A DNA stretch of 64,000 nt from Candidatus Eiseniibacteriota bacterium (GTDB lineage: Bacteria; Eisenbacteria; RBG-16-71-46; CAIMUX01): assembly GCA_020633975.1 (NCBI GenBank), contig JACKCR010000009.1, positions 155,119-219,118 on the forward strand. Direction: 5' to 3'. Shown here piece after piece: positions 60,163-64,000 of the stretch (positions within the stretch are counted from its first letter, which is position 1; the number at the start of each line of letters is the position of its first letter). The translations under genes and the position numbers were made by a program. Under the pieces are notes generated by a model, which searched no databases, was not told the DNA's origin, and saw nothing but the letters and a program-made list of their open reading frames with translations.

Positions 60163-63014
60163 AGCCCAAAACGCTCCCGAACACTATTCCAGCTGAACTT
60201 CTCGAGCCGGTCGGGACGATCGAAGAAGTACTCCTCCAGGTACGGGTGGATCTCCATCCGCCAGATGTCTTCGATCTGAGTCGTGAGGTCCTCGCGGAGG
60301 AAGAACGTCACGCCAACCTCGTAGTTCGGATCCGCAATCGCATGGTTGAGGTCCTTGAGTACGCTGAGAAGCGGCTCGACCGAGTATCCGGTCGACCTCG
60401 TCTCGTGGAACCGGCGAAGTACGGTGAAGTCGGGGCGAAGCTCTAAGAACGCGAACCGTCGACGAAGGGCGTGATCGACGAGAGCGATCGAGCGGTCGGC
60501 CGTGTTCATCGTCCCGATGATCCGAACGTTCCTGGGAATGGAGAAGCGACGCCGGCCGCCGGCGAGTGGGATCTCCTGATCGCGGTACTCGAGTAGGTAC
60601 ATTAGCTCGCCGAACACTCGCGACAGGTTGGCACGGTTGATCTCGTCGATGATGAGGACGCAGGTGTCCTTCCTCCGACGAGCCTCATCACAGAACTCGA
60701 GGAGCCTTCCCGGAACCATCTCGTACGCTACGGATCCGTTGTCGTCGACAGTCGGGCGGATCCCTTGAATGAAGTCCTCGTACGCGTAGGACGGATGGAA
60801 CTGGACGAGGTCCTGAGTACCCGTCCCGCCGCCGATGAGATGGCGTGCCAGTCGTTCCGCGATGAAGGTCTTCCCGGTTCCGGGAGGGCCGTAGAGGATC
60901 GCCTGTCGCTTCCGAGCCAATGCGCGGACCCAGCGTTCGAGCGTCTGGAGCTCGAATCCAGTTTCTGCGGCACACTCTTCGAGCGAGTACTCGGGGTTCG
61001 TGTCGAGCTCATCAGACTCGCCGAAGTAATCCGAGATCGCGACGGAGGGATCGGACTCGACGGCGACCAGAATCAATGGGAACAAAGCCTCGAAGAGCTC
61101 GACGACTCGATCGATGAGCTCGTCGGCGGCGAGCCGAAGTACGTCCGCGGTAGGGATCCGACGTCGGATACTGGAATCGAGTGACGCAATCTGTTCGGAC
61201 CAGGCCATCCAGTCGGTGGTACCACTGCCATCAGCCGTCGACTCGGCGCCAAACAAGAGCGTCTCCTTGCCGAAGAGGCTCTGAAGCGTGGGTGAGACTC
61301 TCATAGGACGCTCGGAGAAGTACCGTGTGATCCGCTTGCGTTCCGGTCCCGCGTGATCCCCGAGACCGAATCCGAAGTCCAGGCAGTCATGTCCAAGAAC
61401 GATGAACAGCTGGGCACCGCTCGTTCGCTTGTCGCCCTTGGGATAGAAGGCACCCCAGAGGAAGTCCCACGCTCCTCCGCGCCCGTAGTCGTTCTTCAGG
61501 ATCTTCGAGAGAATGCCCTTCTCCGTTTCCATCCGCTCCAAGATCGACTCGGGGAGACGTGCCGCCACCCGCTCCAAGAGTGTCCGCAGCGGTTGCTCGA
61601 CGTAGGTCCGGATGTCGTCCTTGTGCTCGTGGTACGTCTCCTTGACCGGATTGGCATGAAGCAGTCTCAGGAGTTCGAACGTCCGCGGCGTGAAGAGCGC
61701 GTTTTCTACGGACATGGTGGATGGGTCCTCACTGTCCGAGTCACTACTGTCCGATTCATTACTGTTCGAGTCCTCACTGTCCGAGTCTCCCTCCTCGGCC
61801 TTCTTCGACTTCTGCTTGCCTTCGATTGAACGCGATACGACCCACAGGAATCCCTGCAGATCGATCATGTCGGCCGGTTGATACGTCGCCAGCTCGGACT
61901 CGAGCTGCCGCGCCAAGTCGAGCACGAAGGCGTATGCCTCCTCGGTCGGTCGACCACGGAAAGACTGATCGAAGCCAAGCAGTTCGGTGAACCGTTTGAG
62001 GTGGCTCGGCTTCATGAAGAACTCCGACTCCGGATGGACGAGGAACAAGAGGTACGTGGGGAAGGTCCACTTGTTCGGCAGGCCCTGCGCCTCCACCCAG
62101 TCCACATAGCGAGCGAGTCGCGTCGGGCCGTCGCCCGATCCATAGAGGAGGCCGAAGAGTCGATTGCAGAAGGCAGCCTTGTCGAGCCCGTCATGCTCGA
62201 GGATCGAAAGATCACCCCGCGCGGGTACCGAGTTGTAGAGAAGGTTGGTCTTGTGCGCGACGGTTCTGATCCGCTTCAGGATCTCCTCATGATCCGACGC
62301 CGTGATCAGCCGGGAGAGTTCGTCTTCCGAGAGAAGCTCTCTGGCCAGTTCGGAGGCCTTCCGCTTGTAGGTCACTTCGTCTGCGAGGAAACGTTCGTCC
62401 TCGAACCCGGACCACTCGGGATACCGCTCGTTCACCAACTGTAGCGCTCGCTCGAGCCGAGTCCGAGACAGTCCGTGTTCCACGTAGCGCGGGTTCGGAA
62501 GTGCTCGGCCCAACGAAGCGGACAAGTACTCGATCGATGCCTGCGTGTGGGCTTGGTAGAACCCGGTGCGCTTGACCAGTCCGGCGATCTGTCGCGTGGC
62601 GGATACGCAGCTCGCCTTCAGCAGGGGGAGTGCTTCCAGTACGTTGGCAAGTGATCCCTGGTAGTAGTCGAATCCGGTGTGGGCTCGGTAGGGTCGCGGC
62701 CCGTCGAGAGTTTCGAGCGCCATTCGAGAGGAGTCCGGAAGTTCCGTGGGCACAACCAGGCCGACTTTCGGCCCAGGGCCGACGATCTGGAACGCGACGA
62801 CCTGACCGACATTCAGTCGTAGTGTCGAGATTCGTGACCTCGCGGTAAGACCCCACGAAGCGGGATTGACCTCGTTCGCGGTGACGATGAGATCCGCGAG
62901 GAGAGACTCGATCTGGGAGCGTTGCTCCGGATCGGGGATCAGCGATGCGATGAGCTTCGCGGGATCGTTGAGCGGACGCGTCGTGGGGTTGGAAGCGGGC
63001 ACGGAACTGGGCAT
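60159..63014 (-). CDS. McrB-like AAA+ GTPase (951 aa) with an approximately 650-aa N-terminal extension: unassigned N-domain, poly-acidic Ser/Asp linker, DUF2461-like region
   Basis: C-terminal LYGPPGTGKTF (Walker A), LIIDEINRAN, and the McrB-diagnostic IIGTMNTADRSIALVDHALRRRF (NTAD replaces NKxD). The ATG at 63014 is preceded by AGGAAGG. The DUF2461 resemblance (…GAWDFLWGAFYPKGDKR…) is from memory and unverified. Confidence 0.8.
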   Translation of the reverse strand: MPSSVPASNPTTRPLNDPAKLIASLIPDPEQRSQIESLLADLIVTANEVNPASWGLTARSRISTLRLNVGQVVAFQIVGPGPKVGLVVPTELPDSSRMALETLDGPRPYRAHTGFDYYQGSLANVLEALPLLKASCVSATRQIAGLVKRTGFYQAHTQASIEYLSASLGRALPNPRYVEHGLSRTRLERALQLVNERYPEWSGFEDERFLADEVTYKRKASELARELLSEDELSRLITASDHEEILKRIRTVAHKTNLLYNSVPARGDLSILEHDGLDKAAFCNRLFGLLYGSGDGPTRLARYVDWVEAQGLPNKWTFPTYLLFLVHPESEFFMKPSHLKRFTELLGFDQSFRGRPTEEAYAFVLDLARQLESELATYQPADMIDLQGFLWVVSRSIEGKQKSKKAEEGDSDSEDSNSNESDSSDSDSEDPSTMSVENALFTPRTFELLRLLHANPVKETYHEHKDDIRTYVEQPLRTLLERVAARLPESILERMETEKGILSKILKNDYGRGGAWDFLWGAFYPKGDKRTSGAQLFIVLGHDCLDFGFGLGDHAGPERKRITRYFSERPMRVSPTLQSLFGKETLLFGAESTADGSGTTDWMAWSEQIASLDSSIRRRIPTADVLRLAADELIDRVVELFEALFPLILVAVESDPSVAISDYFGESDELDTNPEYSLEECAAETGFELQTLERWVRALARKRQAILYGPPGTGKTFIAERLARHLIGGGTGTQDLVQFHPSYAYEDFIQGIRPTVDDNGSVAYEMVPGRLLEFCDEARRRKDTCVLIIDEINRANLSRVFGELMYLLEYRDQEIPLAGGRRRFSIPRNVRIIGTMNTADRSIALVDHALRRRFAFLELRPDFTVLRRFHETRSTGYSVEPLLSVLKDLNHAIADPNYEVGVTFFLREDLTTQIEDIWRMEIHPYLEEYFFDRPDRLEKFSWNSVRERFGL

Positions 63015-63624
63015 GGAACAGAGCCTTCCTGGTCGGAGTCCGGGTCGCTGTTCTGACTGTCGGGATGATCGGCACTTGGGGGCCGAGATGCTAGGTCTGA
63101 TCGGACCAGGCCCCGCCGTCCCCAAATGGAGTATCGGCTCGAGCATTGGGGATCTGGCGTCGATTGGGGATTCGGCCGAAACGACCAGATTGTCGGCTGG
63201 CATTTGCCGAGATGCGGAAGGGGCAAAGAAAATGCAGCCGGGCGGGCCGAAGCCCAACGAACCGCGTTTCCGCAGCCCTCCCAACCGCATTCCTAGTCTC
63301 CGGAATCCGAGCAATGGGTGTCAAGCACCCGGACCGCGTGAGCTCTCTGCGCCTCCCGACTCCATCCAACAACGATGGTCGGCCAGGGCTGTTGCTTCGG
63401 CCACATCGACGTGGAGGATGGGCGCGATGACCGGACCAGAACGCTGTACTCGAACTGCTCCTCCAACGTCACATCCAATCCGGATGTGATCCGCAGTGTA
63501 ACGCGTCGGACGTCGGTGTTATGCGACACGGACTCCCAGTGCTGGGACTCCGGCTGGCCCTTGACAGCAGATGGCATCTATTGTGGATGCTCTGGCGTGG
63601 ACCATCCAGGGGAGGCCTCCATAG

Positions 63625-63903
63625 ATGACGAACATGAACATCTCTCTCCCGGAACCGATGCGCGCCTGGGTGGAAGACCAGATCCGACAAGGTCGGTACG
63701 GCGATGCCAGCGAGTACGTCCGCGATCTCATCCGTCGCGATCAGGAGAGACTGACCCAGGACCGGCTCGAGCAACTCCTACTCGAGGGGCTCGAGAGCGG
63801 TGAGTCGCTCGATGTCACTCCCGAGTTCTGGGAACCGAAGCGTCGCGAAGTGGTCGCGCGGGTGCGGGAGCGGGCGAAGGGCCGGACGGAGTCGGGTGGA
63901 TAG
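63625..63903 (+). CDS. ParD/COG3609-like ribbon-helix-helix antitoxin; the partner toxin presumably lies beyond the window end
   Basis: MNISLPEPMRAWVEDQIRQGRYGDASEYVRDLIRRDQERL is a typical ParD N-terminus. GGAGG lies 9 nt upstream. Confidence 0.72.
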   Translation: MTNMNISLPEPMRAWVEDQIRQGRYGDASEYVRDLIRRDQERLTQDRLEQLLLEGLESGESLDVTPEFWEPKRREVVARVRERAKGRTESGG

Positions 63904-64000
63904 AAGGATCGGTCCTGCCGGTAAGGGACCTCGGCGACATTGTCGAGCACGTTGTTTCTCATCTGACAATCGAAAGCCGAGTCCCATAGCCGGTAGCGCC

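Overview
This 64 kb window is an origin-proximal chromosomal segment from a high-GC (about 65%) Gram-negative bacterium. It opens with the replication core on the + strand: dnaA (with a cluster of DnaA boxes immediately upstream), dnaN, a small DUF721/DciA-like ORF in the position recF usually occupies, gyrB, gyrA and rex. The rest mixes housekeeping and accessory loci: a TPM/LemA pair; an ArsB/NhaD-type permease; a GH26 hydrolase; a Tat-signal Fe/Mn superoxide dismutase; a YihY membrane protein; an orphan receiver protein; a large FGE/SUMF1-domain lipoprotein; a TPR-methyltransferase; an rpoN gene; a TonB-dependent receptor; a two-component system with direct repeats upstream; and a CzcCBA-type heavy-metal RND efflux operon with a His-rich membrane fusion protein. 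A GAF-PP2C phosphatase is divergent from a candidate sigma-54 promoter that drives an lmo0937-family mini-protein and a PRC-barrel protein. A sigma-54 activator has an N-terminal TPR region split over three reading frames. Two loci stand out as candidate undescribed systems: (i) a four-gene, translationally coupled minus-strand operon encoding an ECF sigma factor, a 223-aa acidic Cys-free protein, a 1007-aa TPR-CHAT caspase-like protease and a secreted S8 subtilase with a Por/FlgD-like C-terminal domain; (ii) a McrBC-type island in which the McrB homolog (NTAD GTPase motif) carries an approximately 650-aa multi-domain N-terminal extension with a poly-acidic Ser/Asp linker, flanked by an uncharacterised 276-aa protein, an unusual repeat and ParD-family antitoxin paralogs. 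I found no rRNA, tRNA, CRISPR array or transposase/integrase. Many long ORFs in the track lie antisense to real genes and are high-GC artefacts. Gene starts were chosen by in-frame Met/GTG/TTG codons with a Shine-Dalgarno match and, where seen, ATGA-type overlap with the upstream stop. All homology statements rest on motif recognition by eye, not on searches.
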